A DNA stretch of 64,000 nt. Origin: Eledone cirrhosa. Lineage: Eukaryota. Below the pieces are notes generated by a model. The model was not told where the DNA came from. It searched no databases and was given only the letters and a program-made list of their open reading frames with translations. Shown piece by piece: positions 25,171-37,131 of this stretch (position 1 is the stretch's first letter; every line of letters begins with the position of its first letter). The position numbers were made by a program, and so were the translations under genes. The stretch spans positions 348,502,001 to 348,566,000 of the forward strand of contig OZ024740.1 in the NCBI GenBank assembly GCA_964016885.1, written 5' to 3'.

Positions 25171-27072
25171 CTCGCCCTCAAACCCCATGATAACCCGGGG
25201 GGGGGGGGGTAGACTAGGGCTATAACACCCCACTTGCCGATTTTGTAATGGGTAACCCCTGCTTGCTAAGGTAGACGTAATATCTTCTTTTATATCTTTT
25301 TATCGCTTCCTCTATATTTCCTTCTCCCCCCATCCCTCCCTAGTCCTTCCACCCCAGTTCTCTTCCTTCGTCGTCGTCTTTTTCTCGCCCACCCGAGGCG
25401 GCCCCTCGGTCCTTTGTAGCCTCAGTACCCCCACCCCTTCCCCTTTTCTATGATAGATTTGGCCGACTCCGCTTTTTATAGCAGATGTGTTAGACCCCGG
25501 ATACTTGCCCTCTTATCCGACCGCTGCCCCTTTTCCGTGCTTTCTATATTTCTTAGTGGTATCTTTGCTTTAATTTCTCATTTATCAGTATTTATTTCTT
25601 TTTTTTTGGGGGGGGGGGGATTCTGAATTAATCTTCCGTATCAAATTTTACATTTACTTCGTACGAGCTTTTATGTAGCTTGCACTAGAACTTTTGTATC
25701 GTGGCGGCACCCTTAGAGATAGTATTAGTATTCTCTTTCGGGACTCTGAATTATTATTTCGTATTAGTTTACCTTTTTGCACTGGGTGGTTGCTGGCCTT
25801 GTGCCTGGGTTAGAAACCTTTATTTATTATTTCGTGGTAGTTTCTTTAGTATTTTGGCCCCTCACTTGTTGACCCGTCACCGTAAGATATACTCGGTTTA
25901 TTACTTATACCTCTTAAAAGGGTCTCATTATAATTCCGTCCCACCTAGTATATTTTTTTAGCCGAGCAGTACCAGTGAGAGACTTAGGTCGTAGTAACCA
26001 GAAATTGTTTTTTTTTTTTTTTTTTTTTACATTTAATTGCTTTTTAACACTCTCAGTATTTTTCTATATATTTACCCCTTATTGTTCTACTTATTGTTTC
26101 GACTTCCTCCTCCCCCCCCTTCCCTAGTATCTTCTTTGACCTCATGCCCAGCTGTAGTCGGCACTATCAACGCATGAATGGGTCTCCTCCATCCCTCTCC
26201 CTCTTTCTCCTACTGGCAGGTTTAGCTACCCCTTCCCTCCACAAAATTGGCATCATAGAATTATTATGTCTCAACAACAAACTTTTGACCAATCCTTGTG
26301 ACAATCACTTTGACCATATATGGAATTACCCATTGAGAAGCTCGGCTATTCAAATACCAGGATAAAAATTTTCATTTAGTCCAGAATTAGCCGTCGAAAC
26401 GGCTTGAGCTCAGCCGTCGGGGTCCTACTCGTTCCTATTACCCACTCTAATACCCTAAGTATTGAGTACTTTGGTGCGTTATGGTCCACCTGGTTCCTTA
26501 CCACATTTCCTCCGATATATATATATATATATATACATATGTATATATAAACTAGACGAATTACCCGCGCCTTGTTGCATTTCACGCATTTCTTTTTTTT
26601 TTTTGTAAGGAAATAATTATTGATTTTAAATCAATGATATAATTTATGGAGAAAAACTCTGCATTTCAATATTACTCAATGTAGAATGTAGTGCATGAAA
26701 AATTGGAAAACATTATTTTTTGTAATATATCAAATCAAAATTTCATTATTAAATCTTATTCTTATTTTGTTTCTTGTAAATAATTTTTTTCAAAATATCA
26801 ATTCAAAACTTTTGTGAATATGCATCATATGTTGTCATTTACCTATGGTTTAAATTTCATGTAAATCGAAGGCAAAAACTTTTCAGATAATTTAATATAT
26901 CAACTAACATAAGCGCACAGATGCACGCCCATGCCAGCAAATACACAGGTTATGTCATAGTACCTAGGTGGTTCAATGCAGGAGAATGCAGAACAATAAT
27001 ATAAAGGACGTAAAATAAGAAAATATTTTTTTAAAAAAATTTAAAAAAAATTTTTTTCTTACTTAAATTTTC

Positions 27073-27154
27073 ACTCCAACTAATTAGTTTCTGCAATGGG
27101 ATAAAGACAGTTACGTAATCCAACTGTCGAGAATTCATTGCGTCATCAGGAAGT
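27073..27154 (-). ncRNA. Type-I hammerhead ribozyme, array unit 1
   Basis: acttc-CTGATGA-cgcaatg[..gacagtt/aactgtc..]cattgca-GAAA-ctaattag (palindrome)-TT-ggagt. Confidence 0.8.
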
Positions 27155-27636
27155 CTATTCTCAGTTAAGTCTCCAGGCAATGCGCGGACACTGGCGGCTC
27201 ATATAAAAATAATAATAATTCGGTAGATCGAACAGCTTGCGAGGACTGGATTCTATGTACCGAAATTCTCACTGCTTCAAGTCAAATGGCCGATTCTAAA
27301 GAATCAATCACGTGACACAGAGGCTAGTTAGAAGGAATGGGATGGTAAGATGACTGACGCCTACTAACACCCCAAAAAAAAAAAAAAATTTTTTTAGAAG
27401 TGGTTTTGACAAGTTTGCTCGACAAATCAGTGATTTGGAGATAAATATAGATAATTTAATATATCAACTAACATAAGCGCACAGATGCACGCCCATGCCA
27501 GCAAATACACAGGTTATGTCATAGTACCTAGGTGGTTCAATGCAGGAGAATGCAGAACAATAATATAAAGGACGTAAAATAAGAAAATATTTTTTTAAAA
27601 AAATTTAAAAAAAATTTTTTTCTTACTTAAATTTTC

Positions 27637-27718
27637 ACTCCAACTAATTAGTTTCTGCAATGGGATAAAGACAGTTACGTAATCCAACTGTCGAGAATTC
27701 ATTGCGTCATCAGGAAGT
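27637..27718 (-). ncRNA. Type-I hammerhead ribozyme, array unit 2
   Basis: Identical to the unit 1 motif. Confidence 0.8.
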
Positions 27719-28194
27719 CTATTCTCAGTTAAGTCTCCAGGCAATGCGCGGACACTGGCGGCTCATATAAAAATAATAATAATTCGGTAGATCGAACAGC
27801 TTGCGAGGACTGGATTCTATGTACCGAAATTCTCACTGCTTCAAGTCAAATGGCCGATTCTAAAGAATCAATCACGTGACACAGAGGCTAGTTAGAAGGA
27901 ATGGGATGGTAAGATGACTGACGCCTACTAACACCCCAAAAAAAAAATTTTTTAGAAGTGGTTTTGACAAGTTTGCTCGACAAATCAGTGATTTGGAGAT
28001 AAATATAGATAATTTAATATATCAACTAACATAAGCGCACAGATGCACGCCCATGCCAGCAAATACACAGGTTATGTCATAGTACCTAGGTGGTTCAATG
28101 CAGGAGAATGCAGAACAATAATATAAAGGACGTAAAATAAGAAAATATTTTTTTAAAAAAATTTAAAAAAAATTTTTTTCTTACTTAAATTTTC

Positions 28195-28276
28195 ACTCCA
28201 ACTAATTAGTTTCTGCAATGGGATAAAGACAGTTACGTAATCCAACTGTCGAGAATTCATTGCGTCATCAGGAAGT
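28195..28276 (-). ncRNA. Type-I hammerhead ribozyme, array unit 3
   Basis: Identical to the unit 1 motif. Confidence 0.8.
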
Positions 28277-28683
28277 CTATTCTCAGTTAAGTCTCCAGGC
28301 AATGCGCGGACACTGGCGGCTCATATAAAAATAATAATAATTCGGTAGATCGAACAGCTTGCGAGGACTGGATTCTATGTACCGAAATTCTCACTGCTTC
28401 AAGTCAAATGGCCGATTCTAAAGAATCAATCACGTGACACAGAGGCTAGTTAGAAGGAATGGGATGGTAAGATGACTGACGCCTACTAACACCCCCAAAA
28501 AAAAAAAAATTTTTTTAGAAGTGGTTTTGACAAGTTTGCTCGACAAATCAGTGATTTGGAGATAAATATAGATAATTTAATATATCAACTAACATAAGCG
28601 CACAGATGCACGCCCATGCCAGCAAATACACAGGTTATGTCATAGTACCTAGGTGGTTCAATGCAGGAGAATGCAGAACAATA

Positions 28684-29168
28684 GGGCGTGCATCTGTGCG
28701 CTTATGTTAGTTGATATATTAAATTATCTATATTTATCTCCAAATCACTGATTTGTCGAGCAAACTTGTCAAAACCACTTCTAAAAAAATTTTTTTTTTT
28801 TGGGGTGTTAGTAGGCGTCAGTCATCTTACCATCCCATTCCTTCTAACTAGCCTCTGTGTCACGTGATTGATTCTTTAGAATCGGCCATTTGACTTGAAG
28901 CAGTGAGAATTTCGGTACATAGAATCCAGTCCTCGCAAGCTGTTCGATCTACCGAATTATTATTATTTTTATATGAGCCGCCAGTGTCCGCGCATTGCCT
29001 GGAGACTTAACTGAGAATAGACTTCCTGATGACGCAATGAATTCTCGACAGTTGGATTACGTAACTGTCTTTATCCCATTGCAGAAACTAATTAGTTGGA
29101 GTGAAAATTTAAGTAAGAAAAAAATTTTTTTTAAATTTTTTTAAAAAAATATTTTCTTATTTTACGTC

Positions 29169-29176
<8 letters not shown>
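28684..29176 (+). repeat. Inverted copy of the array unit (palindrome arm pairing with 28121-28615)
   Basis: Begins gggcgtgcatctgtgcg, the reverse complement of 28599-28615, and ends in (AT)n. Confidence 0.95.
29021..29102 (+). ncRNA. Type-I hammerhead ribozyme in the inverted copy
   Basis: acttc 29021, CTGATGA 29026, GAAA 29084, ctaattag 29088, TT 29096, ggagt 29098. Confidence 0.8.
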
Positions 29177-29216
<40 letters not shown>

Positions 29217-29599
29217 GTTTACATATATATATATATAAAGTCATAGATATATATGTGTTTTTCAACGGGTCACTTTGTGGCTCAATGAAGAGAATTAATA
29301 AATTAAATAATCAGAGCTATATATCATAAAACATGTCTATAGAATCACTAGATAAAATATATACCGTTTCCTCTCCCAATTAGCATAATTAACCATATAA
29401 AAATAAATTAGACCAAGCTATAAGAATAAAGGCTCCTATGAAGAAATCTCCGACAAATAACCGAAAGCAGCCCCTTCGTGGTGGTTACGACGGAGTATTT
29501 ATCGAACATTTCTACACCATGTATAAATCGACCAGATATACAGTCAACTAAACAGAATTAGGTGTAAAATAAACTAGAAGAAATGTGTATATATTTAAT

Positions 29600-29677
29600 T
29601 ACCTCTACCATGGTTTCGTCCGCATTTTAAGACATCCGATAACATGGGATATCTAGAGCTTCGGATTCATCAACAAG
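29600..29677 (-). ncRNA. Hammerhead ribozyme, diverged sister copy
   Basis: TTGATGA-atccg...cggac-GAAA-ccatgg-TA-gaggt on the minus strand. Confidence 0.6.
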
Positions 29678-30251
29678 ATAGCTCAAATTTAGACAATTAA
29701 TTTTCCAAAGTGATCGCGCCAAGAATACATTCAAAAATGGGTAAGAATCGTGACGTGGCAGCGGTCAAGTTAGAAAGGATGTGATTCGTTGCTTACGGCT
29801 AGTAGGCTTATTGCTAGAAAGCGCAGCCCAATACAGCCAAATTGCATCTCAACCTAACGGGAGATTATTACATATAACGGTTTACATATATATATAAAGT
29901 CATAGATATATATGTGTTTTGCAACGGGTCACTTTGTGGCTCAATGATATATAGCTCTGATTATTTAATTCATTAATTCTTCATTGAGCCACAATGTGAC
30001 CCGTTGCAAAAGACATATATATCTATGACTTTATATATATATATGTAAACCTTTATATGTAATAATCTCCCGTTAGGTTAAGATGCAATTTGGCTGTATT
30101 GGGCTGCGCTTTCTAGCAATAAGCCTACTAGCCGTAAGCAACTAATCACATCCTTTCTAACTTGACCGCTGCCACGTCGCGATTCTTAGCCATTTTTGAA
30201 TGTATTCTAGGCGCGATCACTTTGGAAAATTAATTGTCTAAATTTGAGCTA

Positions 30252-30329
30252 ACTTCCTGATGAAACCGAAGCTCTAGATATCCCATGTTATCGGATGTCT
30301 TAAAATGCGGACGAAACCATGGTAGAGGT
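30252..30329 (+). ncRNA. Type-I hammerhead ribozyme
   Basis: acttc-CTGATGA-aaccg..(agatatcc/ggatgtct)..cggac-GAAA-ccatgg (palindrome)-TA-gaggt; the base of stem II is mismatched. Confidence 0.72.
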
Positions 30330-30601
30330 AATTACATATGTACACATTTCTTCTAGTTTATTTTACACCTAATTCTGTTTAGCTGACTGTATATCTGGTC
30401 GATTTATACATGGTGTAGAAATGTTCGATAAATACTCCGTCGTAACCACCGCGAAGGGGCTGCTTTCGGTTATTTGTCGGATATGTCTTCATAGCAGCCT
30501 TTATTCTTATAGCTTGGTCTAATTTATTTTTATATGGTTAATTATGCTAATTGGGATGGAACGGTATATATTTTATCTAGTGATTCTATAGACATGTTTT
30601 A

Positions 30602-30641
<40 letters not shown>

Positions 30642-30645
<4 letters not shown>

Positions 30646-31392
30646 TAGTGAGAATCGTATTTCAGCTTTGGAATTAGCGAAAAACAACTTCCGGGATGTG
30701 TGGCAAGCGCTCAATAATTCTGACGAACCAGAGCTACAACATACGTTAAAGGCCAAACACACTGAGACGATGGTTAAACCGTCATCCGCACAGCCATAGA
30801 AACGACCAAGTAATTCGGGTCAAACAAATAAAAGAAATATGTGATTGAAAAAATTTACCCGGACCCCTGGATGGCTGGTAAAATCCAGCATTTGAGTTTC
30901 TGCGACTCCTAAATCAAGTACTGTCCGCTTAGACAAATAATGTTAGGCATCTGGTAAGATGATTGAACAAGGAAGTCACTTTCTCAACAGGTTTTTGTTC
31001 AAGTGCCAGGCAAGGAATGACCGTTACCGATACCCACGTGGGGCTCGACAAGGGAGGCAACCCTTATTTTTGGCGGATGAAATTCAGTATGTGTATATTA
31101 TTGCAAAAATTCAAAATATCACAAAACGAATTAAGCTCTCAACAGAATGGTTATAAGTTAACAAAAGCTGTTCATCAGTCAATAGAATCAACTAAAAAAA
31201 TCAAGAAAATTAACTGGTCAATAGCTAGACTCTGGAGATTAATACAAATATAAATTAGCGAGAATCGTATTTCGGGTTTGGAATTAGCGAAAAACAACTT
31301 CCGAGATGTGTGGCAAGCGCTCAATAATTCTGACGAACCAGAGCTACAACATACGTTAAAGGCCAAACACACTGAAGCGATGGTTAAACCCT
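30642..31392. repeat. ~140-bp direct repeats (30642-30781 / 31251-31391) bounding a ~609-bp unit in (AT)n
   Basis: 'taaattag.gagaatcgtatttc...gatggttaaacc' occurs twice. Confidence 0.85.
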
Positions 31393-31560
31393 ATCAATGA
31401 TATTAATAAATGGAAACTATATTTATAAATCCATATTTATTTTATTATATATAATCAAGGTTACCAAAAAGACTTTGATATGCGCTCATCAGATAAAATA
31501 CAAAATTTGTTTTATAAATAGTGACATGACCGATAAACCAGACCTTATCGGTTCACGTTC

Positions 31561-31694
<134 letters not shown>

Positions 31695-31791
31695 TAGAAA
31701 TTGGAATAGCTTTCACCGTATTTCTTACTAAACAATTTTAGCCTGATAATGGGGGTTAGAACCCACAGATAAATGGAAAAAGATGAGTATT

Positions 31792-31847
31792 GACGTACAT
31801 GGGAGTCGAGCCCACAACTTTGGTTATCGGGACCACTGTGCTACATC
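31792..31847 (-). pseudogene. tRNA-derived remnant (A/B boxes, T arm, acceptor stem)
   Basis: gatgta-GCACAGTGG...gtggg-CTCGACT-cccat-g-tacgtc; part of the D/anticodon region is missing. Confidence 0.5.
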
Positions 31848-31883
31848 TGTGAGAAAAACTACAGACCCTCCATCTCAACTCTA

Positions 31884-31920
31884 CTTTTGAAAAGCAGAAG
31901 AACTGCGAAACCGGTAAAGG
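31884..31920 (+). ncRNA. Minimal hammerhead, U3:A8 core variant
   Basis: ctt-TTGAAAA-gcag-aagaa-ctgc-GAAA-ccgg-TA-aag; a sister copy lies at 53575-53611 (-). Confidence 0.62.
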
Positions 31921-32044
31921 AACCAAATAAATATATATATTTTTTTAAAACTGAGACTCCAGTTGCGTTTTCGATTTCATCTTTTTTCCTTATATATATA
32001 TATATATATATAATTATACATAGATATTACATACACACATAAAT

Positions 32045-32325
32045 TGTAGGGCCCTTTCGGTTACGAATAACCATAGTTTTGCAATTTGTGTTTGTGGAAA
32101 TACGGTAGTCACACAGGCATGCCACTTTCACCTCTCCATTCCACGGATGTTGTTCAAGGGAAAGGCTATTCCCAATACAGCTCGTCACTTGTGACATCGC
32201 AACTTATTTCTACTGGAGCAACGTGAAATAAAGTGTTTTTCTCCAGAATGCAACACACCGCCCGGAATTCAATCTCACAACCTTACGATTGTGAACTCTA
32301 ATCATTAAGACACGCGCCTTCACAC
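32045..32325 (-). mobile_element. Diverged second SINE family (CORE-like)
   Basis: tRNA-like head followed by 'aacactttatttcacgttgctccagt'. Confidence 0.55.
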
Positions 32326-32348
32326 ACGGAGACACACTCACACATATG

Positions 32349-32379
<31 letters not shown>

Positions 32380-32907
32380 ATACATAAATATATACAAATG
32401 TATGCACCCTTTTATATAGACCGACATATATTTAAACGACATGTATATATATATATATATAACATTATAACACTATGGAATCGTTTCAAATTTTAAATAC
32501 AAACAATTTCTCTAATTGCTCATTGTTGGGCGGTTTGGTGAAATTTATAATGAGCCTTTTACTTATAAATAACTGATTTTGAAAAGTCCTAATAAGGGTA
32601 TGAAACGTTCGTAAATAAATATTTAATGTAAAAATGTATTTGGTAATTACTTTAATAAATAATTTGCTTCGTGTGTAATTATTGTTTTCAACACAATACG
32701 ATTTTGTACACATGTATGTTTGAAAAAATATTTCAAAGAAGTATGAAGCAGAGCCTTTTGTACTGTTTATTATAATAAATTACTGCTTTTTGAGCTGGTT
32801 TAAGTTTTCCATGTATGTTTCCAATTTTTTATATTGTTTTTGCAAATAAACGATATCTTCATATATAAATATATATATATATATATATAATTATATATGG
32901 CCTGTTA

Positions 32908-32937
<30 letters not shown>

Positions 32938-32941
<4 letters not shown>

Positions 32942-33124
32942 GTTTCTACTTTAGGCACAAGGTCAGCAATTACTCAGTGCTTTACGGGTACTTTATTTTA
33001 TCGACCCCGTAAGGATGAAAGCAAAGTCAACCTCGGCGGGATTTGAACTCAGATCGTAAAGGGACGTAATTATGCTGGAAAGCATGGCGTCCGACCCTCT
33101 GCCGAAACTGCCAATCCACCACCC
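32938..33124 (-). mobile_element. SINE
   Basis: Family motifs as at 7455. Confidence 0.9.
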
Positions 33125-33180
33125 TTCTTATATTATATATATATAATATAAGATCAAAAGATGGTTAAAAGAGTTCCAAG

Positions 33181-33251
33181 TATTTTATTATGCGCATTTC
33201 AAAAACAAATACCATCATGAGATGATATCTGCGTTCTCATCAGATAAAATA
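33181..33251 (-). ncRNA. Minimal type-I hammerhead in a PLE 3' end (33130-33700)
   Basis: tattttat-CTGATGA-gaacgcagatatcatc tcat gatggtatttgttttt-GAAA-tgcgca-TA-ataaaata. Confidence 0.8.
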
Positions 33252-33691
33252 GGGAGGCATGATATGAAGTTTAAAAAACACTTGTGAGCAGTGAAGTTTT
33301 AAATCAACATATGAAAAATAAACTAAGATGGATATATGAGATTGGGAAAAAATGGGGGGGGGGGGGTAGGAAAAGGCAAGGAAGAGGAAGAAAGAAAAAT
33401 AAAGGATGGTGGGGGAGGAGTATAAGAAGGAAGGATGAGAGAGGAGGAGAAATGAGTGATAGAGAGAGAGAAATAGCTTTTACAACTGAGAAAACATTGT
33501 CTCACAGAGAGAAATTAAAAAATCGTTGGAAGATAATAGATAATTTAATTAAAAGATTTTGAAATTAAAAGTTAATGAGGTTTATGCATGAAGAAAAAGG
33601 AATTGATAATAGTATTAAATTAAGGTTTGTATATTGAAGGGTTTAATAATATGTGCGAAAAAAAGAATTTATTAATATGTATTATTAAAAT

Positions 33692-33731
<40 letters not shown>

Positions 33732-35363
33732 CATACATACACATATATTCATGTGTATTAATGTTTGTATATGCATATGTACAATCATATGTAATTACGT
33801 GAGTGTCTATATACGAGTGTATGTGTATCAGTGTGTACGTATGTGTCTTTGTTTAACATAGACTTTTTAGATTTGGATGTATTTACAATGAATAATATAT
33901 ATTTGTTGTTCTGTTTGTATTATAAACTTGTTCCAAATACAGCCGCTTTTAATTCCCAGGCGTATTACTTGACAATGGATGCACTCAATGCTGTTTGGAA
34001 TCATCCATACTATCCATACTGAAATAAATCAAATCATTTTAGATATTCGTCAATAACTAACTATATGAAAATAATGGAATATCAACACTTTAGCATTCAA
34101 TATTTTTCTTCCATTTCACACAAACCATTATTTTAATTGCAGCTTCTATGCTATGATTGCGCTCTTTATTCGAAAAAATATTTTTTTCTGTTAATCATGC
34201 ACATGATTTTGATTTATAGTTTCCCGGTGATATTTATCTTGTGTTTGCCTCTGAAGTTAAGCAGATTAGTGATATATAATTCCCCTGGAGAGAACGCTGG
34301 GCTCTTGCAGTTTGGTTTTCGCTTTGTGGAATGAACTCCAATTAACTTCACAAAACAATGAAAAACACGCTATCTCTTTACAGCTCTGAATTATACCACC
34401 CACTTCAAATTACAGTTTTGTTGGCACGATTTTTTATGCTGTTATCGATGTTTTACAGCCCGTAAGTCGGGTCTCATTTACTTGACTTGTGGACAATGAC
34501 ATTACTGTCACAATCTTCATATCCTCTCATTCGCACAGTATCATTAATCTTCATTATTTAATGTGCACATTTTTCATTGAGATAGGATGTGATTTGAGGA
34601 AAATCTAGTTTCTCTATCCAACAGGTAGTTGACTGGTTGCTTCAGATTTGCGCCTTCTGGGGACACAATGTTAACCTCTGGGATTGCTCTCAGATCCCCT
34701 ATCAAATCTATCATAATTGCTCTCCTATGGAAGAAAAACTATATTTTTATTAGAATAAATAAACACATTGGAATATTTAAACACATCTTTATCGATCTCT
34801 GTTCAAATTTTGCCAGGTTTAAACTGCTTTTTATGAATCCATGGATTAATATAAAAGGCCCCAATGGTTAAGATATAATCGAGCCTAATATCCTCCCTAA
34901 ATCAGATCCTATTCGTTTCAAATTGAAGCATATAGTCAATTACATAACCTGAAATATGCAAAATAAAGGAAATTACTTTAGTCAGTCGGGTTTCTGATCA
35001 ATGAAATCTTGTTTTAAACACCAATTACAATACCAATAAAAACATAATAGCCTATATCGTTTTGCCATTTTCCCATATATGAGGAAATTAAACTATATAA
35101 CTAAGAAATGTGTAAAATAAAACAAAATATATTAAGAAACGTTTCTGTAGTTGGTAAGAAATATAATTCAGTAGATTTCAAATACTCCAGAACATTTAAT
35201 CCAATTGTTATTGTCCAGACATACATTCGTGTATGTGTATGTACACATTTGTGTATGGACGTATATATATATATACACCCCCACTCTCAAGCGTGAAACT
35301 AATATTAACATTTTGTACTGCCTCTTCGCTTCCACGTTGTTGCTTTTTTTTGTTTACTGTTTC

Positions 35364-35448
<85 letters not shown>

Positions 35449-36494
35449 TATGCATTCTTGAATACATTTAAATATACGTGTAAATGAATTCCTTTTTAAA
35501 AGATAAATTAAAGAAATATCCTCTCAGATGAATCTACTTAGACAATCTTTCATCTGCAATCCCAAATGTTTTCCAGTTTTGTCCAGAAGTGCGTTTTAAG
35601 ACTCAGAACAGAGTTATATTTCACTGCTGGGCTTAGATTCTATGTCTTGCGAAATAATTTGTTTCTACATGATTTATCCAATGTCTTTTCCGAATAAATA
35701 TGTCACAGATTGTTATCTTGCTGCATAACGATTAATCAGCACAATTGCCGATATGTTCGATACTAATTATCTGCCGATTAATTGGTGCAACTCTAATGTA
35801 TGTATATTGTTGATCTAAACACATTATTAATGATAATAATAATTATTTCTTACTTAGCTCAAAGTCAGTAATTTGGAGTTGAGGAAGCAGTCGACGAAAT
35901 CAACCCCAGTACTTTACTGCTACTGTATTATATAGACACTGCAAGATGAAAGTCAAAATTTCCCATCAAGGAATTTGATCTCAGAAGGTAAAAAGCCAAA
36001 ACAAATACCGCAAACCAATTTGTTCGATGTTTCAACCACTAAGCTTATTGATTTTAACATGTGGAGGTTGTTGCTACATACTTGAACAATATTAATATTG
36101 TTATTGTAATATAGGGAAATAGAGATTGACATGATGTAGTTTCTTATTTATCTTATCGTGTCTTTTTACTTGACATCTGAATATGAGAGTCGCCAAACAA
36201 CAGAGTGTTGTTACTTTGTTACGTGAAAAGGATATTCGCTGGAAATGGTTGCGACAAGTTACAATATCTTGATGTAGCGTCAGCTAATATATAAGAAAAA
36301 TATTATTTGCATTTCGCATTATATAGTCAGTTAATAGCTGACAAAACAGTGAGTTCTTATTGGTTCCCTAAAAGACACTGAAAAATGAACTTTGCCTGTT
36401 CCATAAGGAAAACGCTGTTCATTTATGCTGTGATATTTTACTTTAAAAACGAAATAAACAAGTATGTGACAGGCTGTCTCTTTACTAGTAAGTA

Positions 36495-37131
36495 ATAATT
36501 GTTTCTACTTATGGCACAAGACCAGCAATTACCCAGTGCATTACTGGTACATTATTTTATCGACCCCGTAAGGATGAAAGGCAAAGTTAACCTCGGCGGG
36601 ATTTGAACTCAGTCAGTAAAGGGACGTAACTGTGCTGCAAAGCATGGCGTCCGACCCTCTACCGATACTGCCAATTCACCACCTGACGGAATAATTGTTT
36701 CTACTTTTGGCACAAGGCCAGCAATTACCCAGTACATTACTGGAACTTTATTTTATCGACCCCGTAAGGATGAAAGGCAAAGTTAACCTCCTGTAATAAC
36801 CTGAAGTAATAATGATTTCTTATATAGCCACAAGGCCAGCAATTTTGCGTGACTGGTACTTTATTTTATCGACCCCGTAAGGATGAAAGGCAAAGTTAAC
36901 CTCGGCGGGATTTGAACTCAGATCATAAAGAGGCGTGAAGTAATAATTGTTTCTACTTTAGGCACAAGGCCAGCAATTACCCAGTGCATTACTGGTACTT
37001 TATTTTATCGACCCCGTAAGGATGAAAGGCAAAGTCAACCTCGGCGGGATTTGAACTCAGATCGTAAAGGGACGTAACTATGCTGGAAAGCATGGCGTCC
37101 GACCTTCTACCGATACTGCCAATCCACCGCC
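36495..37131 (-). mobile_element. Cluster of four nested/tandem SINE copies
   Basis: Copies at ~36495, 36692, 36810 and 36945; the flanks 'cctgaagtaataat' and 'gaggcgtgaagtaataat' are duplicated at 37131-37161. Confidence 0.9.

Larger units (their letters stand above)
26552..28572 (-). mobile_element. Non-autonomous Helitron-like element whose 5' ~560 bp is tandemly triplicated
   Basis: Minus strand ends ...gcgggtaattcgtCTAG|T at 26552; each unit starts A|TCtatatttatctcc (27451, 28009, 28572). The 3' hairpin is poor. Confidence 0.55.
26885..28683. repeat. Tandem array, 3.2 copies of a 558-564-bp unit
   Basis: Units start 'agataatttaatatatcaac' at 26885, 27449, 28007 and 28570; by eye they differ only in homopolymer lengths. 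Confidence 0.97.
29213..30605. mobile_element. Non-coding ~665-bp retrozyme/pLTR-like unit: partial tandem followed by an inverted copy, within (AT)n
   Basis: 29213-29288 is repeated at 29877-29948; 29949-30605 is the reverse complement of the unit with scattered substitutions. Confidence 0.85.

Noticed and set aside
26885-28683. CRISPR, rDNA or snRNA interpretation of the tandem array
   Set aside because: No unique spacers and no recognisable 5S, snRNA or tRNA sequence; eukaryotic repeat context.
33940-34470. Splice-like signals suggesting host exons
   Set aside because: No recognisable protein and no consistent exon chain.
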